A DNA stretch of 63,057 bases, filler included, from Trichomonas gallinae (lineage: Eukaryota): assembly GCA_008369845.1 (NCBI GenBank). It is 13 parts of 13 records of this genome, joined end to end, with 100 filler letters (N's around TTAATTAATTAA, not from the genome) between each part and the next. Parts side by side here need not be neighbours in the genome. Positions count along the whole stretch, not along the records: positions 3,309 to 18,169 come from MRSU01000717.1; positions 18,270 to 20,878 come from MRSU01000720.1; positions 20,979 to 23,954 come from MRSU01000726.1; 10 more parts are not named here. One strand, 5' to 3'. Under the pieces are notes generated by a model, which was not told the origin of the DNA, searched no databases, and was given only the letters and a program-made list of their open reading frames with translations. A program made the position numbers and the translations under genes. Below are positions 11,503 to 22,226 of the stretch, piece by piece (positions within the stretch are counted from its first letter, which is position 1; each line of letters opens with the position of its first letter).

Positions 11503-12067
11503 GAAATTCAATGTAACGCTAGTCTTCTCATATGAGAACTAAATCCGGCTCCAGCATCAATTTTGCTTTCATCAAATTAATTCACAATTTCTGACTCGTT
11601 TGCCATTATTGTAATTGTGAAAATGGAAATAATTTTGCACAATGCAATGAATCCATGAATTTGGACAAATGACATTTCTTATTTCTTGATCGAATTATTT
11701 CGGACACTCTTTCATTGAAAGATTTATTAACGTTTTTCTTTGTATATTAAAGTAAATCTCCATACGAAACTTATAAATGACATTATGTCTTCGTTGCAAA
11801 AAATTATTAAAAATTCATTAATATTTCTTATGATGAATCAAATTCATACCAATATTAGCAACTAATAGAAGTAATACCATATATTCAAATGTTTTAAATC
11901 ATATTGACTATAAAAAAAATTGTGAATTAAAATAAATAATAAATCACAAAACTTTTCCAGCAAAACTAAAATATAATGCATCAAGATGCTTATTTTAAAA
12001 GGTTTTTGAATCATTACATTTAATGTCAAAAAATACATTTACATGTCATATTTTAAAAAGTGACAAA

Positions 12068-12754
12068 ATGGCAGCTGAATCTCATGTTGCTGAAAATTAT
12101 AAGCATATTAACGACAATGTTCTCAAGTTATCTCCAACAGCTCGCTTAGTCTGCGTCAGCAAAACGAAGCCAATTGAAGATCTCAAGCAAGTATTCGAAG
12201 CAGGTGGCAGAATTTTCGGTGAAAACTATGTAGATGAGATCATTACAAAGGGTCCACAACTTCCCGATGCTCAATTCCATATGATTGGACATCTTCAATC
12301 AAATAAAGTTGCAAAACTCTGCAAAGTTGAAAATTTAGTCATGATTCAGTCAATTGATAGCAAAGAATTAGCATCAAAAGTCGATAAACAATACGCTGGC
12401 CGCCAGCCTCTCGAAGTTTTAATTCAAATTAATACATCTGCAGAGCCACAGAAAAGTGGAATTGCAAATGGTGCTGAAGCATCAGATCTTGCTAAGCACA
12501 TTGTTGAAAACTGCCCAAATCTTAAATTCCGCGGTGTTATGACAATTGGTGAAACTGGCGAAGCTGAGAGAGATTTTGCTTGCCTTATTGAAGAAAGGAA
12601 AAGAATTGCCTCTGAATTAGGCCTTTCACCATCTGATTTAGAGCTTTCAATGGGAATGAGCGCAGATTACGAACTCGCTCTTAAGATGGGCGCAACGCTT
12701 GTCCGTGTTGGTTCATCGATCTTCGGTCCAAGAATCTATCCAAATAAGAAATAA
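12068..12754 (+). CDS. PLPBP: PLP homeostasis protein (YggS/PROSC/PLPBP family)
   Basis: LVCVSKTKP, FGENYVDE, HMIGHLQSNK, QINTSAEPQKSG, GVMTIG, LSMGMSADY, VRVGSSIFG; AAAAGTGACAAA-ATG supports start at 12068 rather than 12023. Confidence 0.95.
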   Translation: MAAESHVAENYKHINDNVLKLSPTARLVCVSKTKPIEDLKQVFEAGGRIFGENYVDEIITKGPQLPDAQFHMIGHLQSNKVAKLCKVENLVMIQSIDSKELASKVDKQYAGRQPLEVLIQINTSAEPQKSGIANGAEASDLAKHIVENCPNLKFRGVMTIGETGEAERDFACLIEERKRIASELGLSPSDLELSMGMSADYELALKMGATLVRVGSSIFGPRIYPNKK

Positions 12755-13099
12755 AAAAATTAATTATTTCTTCACAATAGCTTCTCAATTTCATTGAATT
12801 AGCTCCAAAATACCTTCCCTATTATTGATATCTATTATTACTGCTATAATCATGTTATAATTAAATAAAATCGAATTCAGTAATAGATATGTACTAAACC
12901 AATGAATAGATGGTTTTCATTGACGCAATTTTGCTATTTATTACAATTATTTTCTACCATATTTAATCTATTCATAGAAATGAAGAAAATAATTTGACAT
13001 ATAAATTATTTACATGACAATAATTAGTTAAAAAAAATAAATCAAAGGAGTCGAGTTTTATTTCTGATACTTACTGGATGTTTTCATCTATGTTCAGTT

Positions 13100-14218
13100 A
13101 TGCTGATCCATTCTTTGTATGTTTTTCCATTAAAAAGCCATGTTAAAGTCGATTTCACGTTAAAAAATGCTTGGTTACAAGGCAATTATTATCCTTCCAT
13201 CGAAAAAATACAATCAAAAGAACTTTTTGAGTACATGACTCGCCCATTGAAATTCAGTTCTTGTCCTTTATGCAATTATTCAATTGATGATTGGGAAGGT
13301 GACAGTACCAACAGAGATGTAATCTTATCTTTTTGTCTTACACATTATGATTCAATTGTTTCACTTATCAGATCAATCAGAACAACAAAATGCAAAGCAA
13401 GAGTAGTTATTATAGCAGATTGTTACGCATACATTGGCTTAAGAGATGATGGTATCCTAGACATAGCCAAATCATGCGGAATTTTCATAGTTAATCTAGA
13501 AAATTATAATGGAAATAATTTAACTCGATCTGAGCGATATCATATGAAAATATATCTTTATAAATCATTTATAAGTCAATATGTCTCACTTATTGATCGA
13601 GTTTTTACTTGCGATTTAATGGATTCTTTATTTCAAAGCGATCCATTTAAATCTTTTATGCGTTCAGACTCAGTTTACTGTTATACCGAGAATATTACAA
13701 TCAAAAAGGAAGAAGAAACATATTATGTATCGGAAGGTTTGCAAGGACAATTCTACTTGCATCCAGAAACTCTTGTTGTTACACCAGTATCATTCATGGG
13801 GAGCCCAATAGAAACCATTAAGTTGATTGACTTAATTCAATCATTTTGGAATATTCCAGGATTTAATGATATTTCAGATCAGCCTCCTACAACGATAATA
13901 TACAGAAATCATATGTTTGCTGACCATGACATAGATTTTAGAACATTTGATTGGTGCCATGGTGCAACATCTCTGAATGTCAATGAAGTAACGAATCATT
14001 CGATTGGTTTTGTTTCGATTGAAGGATGTAAGAAACGTCCATTCTATCTACATCACACAAACTATGATTTTGATTTAATCAAATCATTTTATCTTCAATG
14101 TCCACCGAAGCGTGTCATTGATACCCCATCTATGTATATATTCGGCCTATCTGTCCATGAAGAAAGGCAATTGCTTGAAGAACATCTAGCAAGAAAAAAG
14201 AAATCTTTGAATCTATAG
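13100..14218 (+). CDS. Putative GT-A fold glycosyltransferase-like protein
   Basis: SLIRSIRTT...VVI, DRVFTCDLMDSLFQSDPF (DxxD..FQxDPF), SDQ, YLHH motifs. Confidence 0.6.
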   Translation: MLIHSLYVFPLKSHVKVDFTLKNAWLQGNYYPSIEKIQSKELFEYMTRPLKFSSCPLCNYSIDDWEGDSTNRDVILSFCLTHYDSIVSLIRSIRTTKCKARVVIIADCYAYIGLRDDGILDIAKSCGIFIVNLENYNGNNLTRSERYHMKIYLYKSFISQYVSLIDRVFTCDLMDSLFQSDPFKSFMRSDSVYCYTENITIKKEEETYYVSEGLQGQFYLHPETLVVTPVSFMGSPIETIKLIDLIQSFWNIPGFNDISDQPPTTIIYRNHMFADHDIDFRTFDWCHGATSLNVNEVTNHSIGFVSIEGCKKRPFYLHHTNYDFDLIKSFYLQCPPKRVIDTPSMYIFGLSVHEERQLLEEHLARKKKSLNL

Positions 14219-14620
14219 CATACTTTCAGTAGGTTATAAACCTTGTTATTTTAGTTTTAAATACATGTTGTATTGATAAGCATCGAATCAATATATAACA
14301 TAATAATATGCATATTTCTGTACACTCTTATTCCAATTCAATGAGTTTTGATGTATTAAATTTGACAAGTTTAAAACTCTCATTTTTGTATTCTTGTTGA
14401 TTTTCTCAGATATTCATCAGCCTTGATTATATTTCTTCAGATATTTAGTGTCATTATTACAGTGATAAATCATCTTCTCAACCAAATCATGGTATCAGAT
14501 ATTTTAATTTTTTTCCCCTTTCGCAAATTGAAGACTTCCAACATGAAAAATCGCGCATTGAATGCAATTTTACTAACAATACATAACTATTTTCAAAACA
14601 ATATTTGATAATTTGCAAAT

Positions 14621-15565
14621 TTGATAATTTGTTGTCTTTCTCTTCATCATGATAATGCTCCTTTAAGTGTGTGGGAGATATATTATACTAGTCGACTTAT
14701 AAGCAACTTTACGAATCAAACTAATCCACATATTACACCAAGTGACACGATTTTTGTTTTTCTTTGCAAAATTGAAAATACACAAAACAGTATTATGATT
14801 GTTGATAAAGGATATGAAATATTACATAGTCAATGTACATTCAACAATAATATACAGCCAATTGTCATAAATGGAGATAATTCTATTGTCCAGCATCGGT
14901 TTCTTTCGATAAAATCCACGCAAGCAGGTGCTGGACAACATTCAAGTACTGAATTACCCGAAGATTCTGAATTTCTAAACTTCATTGAAGAAAGTTCATT
15001 ATCAGAATGTGGACTCGCTAATTCAAATGACATCACATATCAGTATTGTGGAATTTGCCGCTATTCATGCACAAATGCGAGCAATAATCAAGCAAATAGG
15101 GGATCAGGATACTCAAATTATCAAGTAGGGCAAATCACTACCATAAGTTTTTCAAATTTCAAAGGAAATACTGGAGTTTATTATTGTTTAGAAAATTGGA
15201 TTACTCATCCATATATTTTGAATCATTTAAACATTCTTGACAATCAAATCAACGAATCATTAATAATATCTGAGAGTTCAGTTCAATTCGAGTACTGCAA
15301 CATTATCAACAACAGATACAAGATCTTCATTGAATTATATGGCGATTGTAACGCAATTGTGAATTGTTTTATTGATAAATTAACAACTTCTGGTTCTCCG
15401 TTTGATAAAATTCAAACAACAAATCAAGAAATACAATTTCCTCGATGTTCACAATATAAGGAGTTCAATCACAACATCGACGAAAATGCAGAAACAATTG
15501 ATGAAGTGCGCCCCTTTTTCATTGAATGCATCATAACTTTTTATACGGTGTTCACTCTTTCATAG
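14621..15565 (+). CDS. Asn/Cys-rich beta-helix-like secreted family protein; no AUG at the expected start
   Basis: 314 open codons; N-terminal LSLH..W, repeated CNIINN / SNFKGN / NCFID-type turns; resembles 49959-50930; first ATG at 14795. Confidence 0.6.
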   Translation: MIICCLSLHHDNAPLSVWEIYYTSRLISNFTNQTNPHITPSDTIFVFLCKIENTQNSIMIVDKGYEILHSQCTFNNNIQPIVINGDNSIVQHRFLSIKSTQAGAGQHSSTELPEDSEFLNFIEESSLSECGLANSNDITYQYCGICRYSCTNASNNQANRGSGYSNYQVGQITTISFSNFKGNTGVYYCLENWITHPYILNHLNILDNQINESLIISESSVQFEYCNIINNRYKIFIELYGDCNAIVNCFIDKLTTSGSPFDKIQTTNQEIQFPRCSQYKEFNHNIDENAETIDEVRPFFIECIITFYTVFTLS

Positions 15566-15917
15566 AAGAATTCTAATAATTATAAATGGACCGATCTTTA
15601 TTTAATTTTCATATTAACTCTAATTGATAGATGCATTTTTGAATAAAAGATCATAAATGCAGTATTAATGAACTCCCTAAAGCAAATGACTTAATGTATC
15701 AACATCATTAAATATAATTTTTCTATAAAGAAATCTATAATTAATCTCAATCATGAGGGTTTGCATGCTTAAATTCGTTCGAGTCATTCCATTATAAAAT
15801 GTTTTTTATCTTCATGTTTCATCTTCTTTATTGAAATGAAAGCCTATACATGGGACAAGACACTCATCTATAAGGATCATCATTGCAGGGGGGCCCTAAT
15901 GTCAGAAATGATAATTT

Positions 15918-17525
15918 TTATAAAACTTTTTCTTCTAAGGAAGTCTTGTTCTGCCATGGGAGAATCTTGAATTCGTCAGGTCCGAAAGTCACTGTTGTGT
16001 ATATATTCATTATTCCGATGCTCTCTTCATGTTCGATCTTTTTCTGTGAGTATCCGATTCTCTCGCCGATGAGAGCGGACATGCCGAGCCTTCCTACAGC
16101 CTTCTTTGCTAGAATGTCCCACTCTTCGTCTGTGTGCTCATTCAATGCATCATTCGCCAGGTCGAGGAAGAACTTCTTAGACTTCGGGCAGCAATATTTT
16201 TCTGCGATGAGCGGCATCATCTTGAATAAATGAGGAATCTTCGAATTCAGAGTAAGCGCCATCCTGCAGTCGTGTCTCGCGAGATCGAATATCTGCATCT
16301 GCGCGGCACACTGGGCTCTGTTAGAGTAAATAGCGTAAGGAATTCCTGACTCGAGGATTCTAGTAGATGGATAAATAGATCTCGCGTAAAGGTTTAATGA
16401 TTCCGTCAATTTATGCAGTGCTTCTTTGAACTTTCTCGTCCTCATGAGCTCTCTCGCCTCGTTCAGCAGCTTCTCTGCCTCAGACTTCCACTGTGGACTT
16501 AAATTCTCAAGGCCGTATAATGCGAAAGCAACTCTCATCTGTGCTGGCTTCCATGTTGGCGTTCCGCGAAGCTGCTTGTGTAAATCACTAACGAATTCTG
16601 GGATTTTGATCATAACTGGCTCGAGGAGATGATTTTCCACTCTTAAGTTTGAATCTTCGTCTAAATCCTTGAAATTTCCTTTGAGTTCTCTCTCACCAAG
16701 CATAACTTGCATTAAATCATGATGCTCTTTATCTTCCTTTTTAGCTGCTTGGATCCAAGTCTTGTCACCTTTAAGATATCTCGAGAAAATCTGATACCAT
16801 CCGTAAAGAGCGTCATTTTTGTATTTTTCACCCCAACAGCCGTATCTTTCATTCTTTAAAAGCGGTGTGGAGAAAAATTGCTCAATATCTTTTTCAGTTC
16901 TTATTGGCCAGTCACCAAACTCTTTTATTTTTGTTTTTTGAGATATTAAACATTCTATGTATGTCATCAATAACGGAAATCTAACTGCAGTGTTGTCGTT
17001 AGTGTTGAGTCTGAGGATTTCTTCATATCCCATAACTTGGATGTTGTGATAATGGCCAAGTCCAGCTGTAGATGCAATATTACTTATTAGACGAAGGTAA
17101 GGGCGTCCACTAGAATATTGATAATAATCCGCATTATCATTTTCCATAATATCTTTATATTCATGACGCAAAATTGGTATTAACTCTCTTGCCATATTAA
17201 TTCTTGTAACATAATCATCTTCAATTACATCAGTAAGGCCTCTAATAAGAGCTCTGTATGCATCGAACGCCTTTCCCCACAAAGAAATTGCACGCCAGCA
17301 CATTTGTCGAACGTCTTTGTATTGATCTTTGTCTGCTGCCGTATCTGCGCAGTTTCCTATTTCAAAAGCAAGCTTTTGGTCGGGAGTCATTCCTTGTGCA
17401 TCGATTTGCATGAAGTTTAATTCACTGATAATCATATGGTCGCATGGATAATTGGGATATGGGTTGGAATTGATCGGTTTTCCCAATGTTCCCATTAAAT
17501 TTCGAAGCATATCTGCGATTTCCAT
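15918..17525 (-). CDS. TPR-domain protein with N-terminal RPYLR...LRLNxNDN module
   Basis: 535 aa; TPR helices (LLNEARELMRTRKFKEALHKLTESL; IYSNRAQCAAQMQIFDLARHDCRMALTLN). Confidence 0.8.
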   Translation of the reverse strand: MEIADMLRNLMGTLGKPINSNPYPNYPCDHMIISELNFMQIDAQGMTPDQKLAFEIGNCADTAADKDQYKDVRQMCWRAISLWGKAFDAYRALIRGLTDVIEDDYVTRINMARELIPILRHEYKDIMENDNADYYQYSSGRPYLRLISNIASTAGLGHYHNIQVMGYEEILRLNTNDNTAVRFPLLMTYIECLISQKTKIKEFGDWPIRTEKDIEQFFSTPLLKNERYGCWGEKYKNDALYGWYQIFSRYLKGDKTWIQAAKKEDKEHHDLMQVMLGERELKGNFKDLDEDSNLRVENHLLEPVMIKIPEFVSDLHKQLRGTPTWKPAQMRVAFALYGLENLSPQWKSEAEKLLNEARELMRTRKFKEALHKLTESLNLYARSIYPSTRILESGIPYAIYSNRAQCAAQMQIFDLARHDCRMALTLNSKIPHLFKMMPLIAEKYCCPKSKKFFLDLANDALNEHTDEEWDILAKKAVGRLGMSALIGERIGYSQKKIEHEESIGIMNIYTTVTFGPDEFKILPWQNKTSLEEKVL

Positions 17526-17649
17526 TTTTGTTATATATGAAATTTGTCTTACAAATTTATTTTTAAAACTAAACGGACACTTTTTACATTACATGTCAAA
17601 AACTAAAATAACAGAGATATTTCACTCACACTCTATATTTTAGTACAGC

Positions 17650-17881
17650 TAGGGATTTCGTTTGGCGCACTTTTGTGGTGTGTGCGCCAAATCGAAAAAA
17701 TGTTTTTGATATCAATATGGAATCGTAAATGTTTTTAACTTGACAGATGCAGAGATTATGCATATAAGTATCTTCCCCGTAAGCAGCAACTTGCATTATC
17801 CCAGGACCGATTCTGCATCTAGCAAAATTTCACTTTTCTCTGCGCCAAAAGCGTCACTTTTAGCTCCAAAAGAGATCCCTA
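17650..17881. mobile_element. MITE-like non-autonomous DNA transposon candidate
   Basis: Terminal inverted repeats CTAGGGATTTCGTTTGGCGC vs revcomp CTAGGGATCTCTTTTGGAGC (17/20); internal inverted repeats; flanking TAGTACA direct repeat; no ORF; GC above flanks. Confidence 0.65.
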
Positions 17882-18169
17882 GTACAATATAATGGATCTA
17901 TATGCATAATATCATCATATTACAACAATGTGATTGCATAAATTTTATTTTTTAATTTAATTTCATTATGCTTGAAAACACAAACTAATGACAAAAATCG
18001 GATCAATATATTATGCATTAGGGATGTGCGAACTGGCGGTTTAGTGATGGACTCGTTGATTTTGGATTCGCTCGCGAAAAGTGACATAATGTCGAAAAGT
18101 GACGCGATGTTGAAATCATAATTCATTTTTGAACAATGTTATATTATAATAGCGTACATAGTAGCCATC

Positions 18170-18269
18170 NNNNNNNNNNNNNNNNNNNNNNNNNNNNNNN
18201 NNNNNNNNNNNNNTTAATTAATTAANNNNNNNNNNNNNNNNNNNNNNNNNNNNNNNNNNNNNNNNNNNN
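18170..18269. other. Artificial contig linker
   Basis: N44-TTAATTAATTAA-N44. Confidence 0.98.
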
Positions 18270-18565
18270 CTTCTGGATGGCGAGCGTGAAGGCGAGGGAG
18301 ATCTTGTCGGAGATCTAGAAGGTGATCTTGTTGGGCTTCTAGATGGTGATGGGGATCTTGTTGGTGACCTTGATGGAGACCTAGAAGGAGAAGGAGATCT
18401 AGTAGGAGATCTTGATGGTGATGGTGAACGTGTTGGGCTTCGTGAAGGAGAAGGAGACCTAGTAGGAGATCTTGATGGCGATGGAGATCTTGTTGGAGAG
18501 CGTGTTGGACTTCGAGAAGGTGATGGCGATCGAGAAGGAGATGGTGATGGACTCCTTGAAGGTGT
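18270..18565 (-). repeat. Coding low-complexity repeat (SPSP/SRSP/TRSP)
   Basis: About 100 codons of repeats such as SPSPSRSPTR with synonymous variation, running into the gap. Confidence 0.9.
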
Positions 18566-20146
18566 TGGCTTGGTTGGTGCCTTGATGACTCTTGTGTCTG
18601 GATCGTATGGATCTTCTGTGAAGTATGCATCATAAAGTTTCATTGTTCTGCAGAATCTCTCTGGATCTGGACACCAAAAATGTCCATAGTATGAACTATG
18701 TTTCACACCAACATTAGATTTGTTGCATGTAACTTGCTTATTCTCTTTAGTTTCTCTCCATGTGAAACTTGTGAAACCATTGCAAACATATTCACCACAT
18801 CCTAATCTCCAATTATCATCTGAAGGTAATTTCGCCTTGCCTTTTGGACAAACATATTGGGCAGGTTTATATGGCATATAATCATAATCATCATATCTTC
18901 CAATTTTGTTCCAGTTCTTAGGATTGAACATTTGTTTGCCATCACAATAAACTTGATACTGATTATTAGGACATTTAGGTGCATCCATAGAACCAGGCCA
19001 TCCATATGATTTATAATCGAAGCTTGTGTAATCAATTTTGTTTGGGTTGTAGTAGTAATTTTCTGGATAATCCGTCTGCCAGATTCCGCGAATGAAATTT
19101 GGAATCGGATTTCCATTGATTGACTCCGGATTTCCCCAGACGAGAGGCCTGACCATTCTGAAATCGACTTTGTAATTACCAGTGTCCAAAAGAACTGCAA
19201 TTGATGCATCAGTGACTCTCTGGAAAGGACCATCATCAAGAGTTGTCGAAATTGGAGTCATAGCCTCACCGTAAAATGTTTTTTGATGAAGATGACTCAT
19301 TGTGTCATCAAGTTCGATGCCAGCAGGACATGATGATGAACCATCTCCATAGACTCTATCAACACCATAGCGCTTCTTTGCATACTTTCGTGCATATGGA
19401 GTAACTAAGAAATTTGTTTGCTTTCCTTTGATTTTAAGACTGCAAGTAGGGTCAGTAAACCTAGTTAAATCATCGTGCGGATGATAGTCTGCCAACCTAC
19501 TGCTAGATATTCCTAATCCATGGAAGAGTTCATGAACACAAACATAGAAAAAATTGCTGTTCCATGAATCATGATCCTGAACTGTTGTTGGAGCATGTTT
19601 GGCATTCAAATACATTCCAGCTTGAATCGGTCTCATTGAATCTCGTTCAAAATCATGGCTGCCACACATTGCTATGTGCGATAATGATCCATATGGACGT
19701 GCGACAATAGTGAGATGGAAATCAACATTATAAACTTTATCGTGCTCAGTATGAATAAGATAAGGTTCCCGCCAATTATGATCAACTAGTGTTATCGGAC
19801 CTGGAAGTGGGATGACTTTGAATAGTTTATTAAAGTAATTTTTGACATTTTCCATTGTCCCTTTGATTGCATCGATTTGTGTTTGATTTAATAAATCGTG
19901 TTCAGCGCATGTTTCTGTTGTTCTCCATTTAATAACCTGCCCAACACGTGTACATTTGAGTTCATCTTTCCTTGTTCCATCAAGATACCTGTAGTCGATG
20001 TGAACTCTCATATTTTTCCAAGAAGCATCGTTTTTGATTAATTTCTTAGAGATATACTTATGCATATGTTTCACTGTACCATTAAAGAAACTGTCATGGT
20101 CACAAACATGTCCTTTAATGTGAATAACAAGAAAAAAAGCAAACAT
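18270..20146 (-). CDS. GP63-like/leishmanolysin (M8) metallopeptidase, 3' truncated by gap
   Basis: Signal-like MFAFFLVIHI, prodomain CDHD, HELFHGLG zinc motif, IELDD..SH...EAMTP, LLDTGNY, Cys-rich region, then Ser/Pro repeats; first ATG 20146. Confidence 0.92.
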
Positions 20147-20878
20147 AAATTTTTTTGAATCAGATTCAAACAAAAATCAAAATTATTAATCATTGAAAGA
20201 TAATTGAATATTGTTATATGAAATTTCCCTAAAAATAATTTTATCAAAAATTTCTATGCATCAATTGAAAAATAAATTGGCGTGGAAATGCATGAAATGT
20301 GTTATTATAGCTTTATTTCGTTTTAAATTTCAAAGCTCTTTCAATAATTTCAAAAATTTAGGTAATGAAGTATTGTGCATTTATTAATTATAAACACGGT
20401 TCACAAAAAATTATTTCACACAATGCTTTTTAACTTTGTGTGAAATATGTAGTCGACAATATTGTCCAGACGTAACAAGACAGTATCACACAAAAATGTT
20501 TAACCACATTTGATTATTTCGTTAGGAAATCATTAATACATTATAAATTTAAAAGATTTTTCGTTTAACACAAGCACTTCTCAATAATTCCGTTCTTAAT
20601 TCAATTTTTTGATAGCTGCGAAAAACAGACACAATGAATTAAATAGATTGTATAGTAATGGTACATGATTAAAAAAATTGATGTGCATTTGAATCAAATC
20701 TAGATCATTGCAATCAGAAAGAATTTCTTGGAATTAATAAATAAAAATAAATTCATATCATTTTTATTTAAGAATAGTCAATTTGCATGAAAATATGTTT
20801 TAGACAATAAATGCTTGGTGCAAAATATCATCTTCACTCTCTGATCTTCCATCTGATTTGTGGCATTTGACGATGATT

Positions 20879-20978
20879 NNNNNNNNNNNNNNNNNNNNNN
20901 NNNNNNNNNNNNNNNNNNNNNNTTAATTAATTAANNNNNNNNNNNNNNNNNNNNNNNNNNNNNNNNNNNNNNNNNNNN
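20879..20978. other. Artificial contig linker
   Basis: N44-TTAATTAATTAA-N44. Confidence 0.98.
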
Positions 20979-22226
20979 ATGTAATGTTAATTTGGTTGGC
21001 AATCAGATAAGTCCTGGGCTAAAAATGTGTGGACCAAAAGACTTAAGTTTGTTCAATCCAGCATTTTTGCGAAATAACGGAAAAATATTTGATGGCCCTT
21101 TCTTAAATCTTGTGTATATTTTATCTATATATGGATATTTGGGTGACATATTGGAGTAAAATAAGCTTACAATGTCAATAATAAGATGATACGTTTCAAA
21201 CGAACGATTTGAAAAGTAATTATGCTCATTCGTATGTTTGCTTCGCATCCTGCAATTCTGCACGTGCTGCTTTATCATCATGATTGATTCGACAATTTTT
21301 TCAACAATATCAGACTTGGGAAATTTCCAGGTTCATTTGAGAATGTGTAGGGAAGCATCATAAATGCTATAATTCTGGTGCAAACTCGCCATAGTAGCAT
21401 AATGATGGAGAATTTGTATCAGAACTGTGGCATTTATGATTCTTTTAATTTTCAATCGAGATTTACAAGAAAATTGTTCTGTCAAGCGAAGATACTAACG
21501 GTTGTTTCATTATATGACTAAGAATCCGTCATTATCTTAGTTAAATGAAGTATGATTTTAATATATTTCGCGTTTTTTTGTTTTACTGTTCGGCAATGAT
21601 GTCGCATTTACATGGGATATCATATGTAGTTAATAACTATATGGCAGAATATTATATACAGGAAATTCGAATAAGATTTAGCTTCTCGAATGCTAATAAT
21701 GTGCATAGTATATTTTCGTGTTTACCTACTAGGTTAGTTCAGTTCGCACAACTCTAATATAGGTAGGGAAAAAACGGTAGGAGTAAAATATGTAAGCATA
21801 TTCACTCTCATAAACCGAAATTTTGAGATATATATATGTGTGGGCTTTTGAACTAAATAAAGTCACAAGCATTGTTCACTAATTACAGGGGGTTGAATAA
21901 AAGCTAACTGGCTCAAATTAATTGAAAGAGTTTCCTTAAAATTATATGATTTATATCAATATTCTCTAACAATTTTTTATTTTAATCTTTACCCACGTTT
22001 TTACAGGCGCGAATTGAATCAAAAAATGTGAGAAAAGTTTAATTTTGCGATATATGATTATTTTCATTTCTGATATTATCAATTTTGAATTGAAAATAAT
22101 CGTAAAACGCATCATTGAAATTTGATAATGAAATATAACTGTAAATCTATATGTTTGAGAGTATTGAGATTAGCTTCGCTACGCTTGAGATAATTAAATT
22201 TTCTATAGTAAGTTTGGAAGAAAGTA

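Noticed and set aside
18214..18633. His/Leu/Gln-rich ORF
   Set aside because: Alternate frame of the GP63 Ser/Pro repeat
20979..21800. Short ORFs 21003-21281 and 21545-21757
   Set aside because: No motifs or promoter context; at most decayed coding sequence
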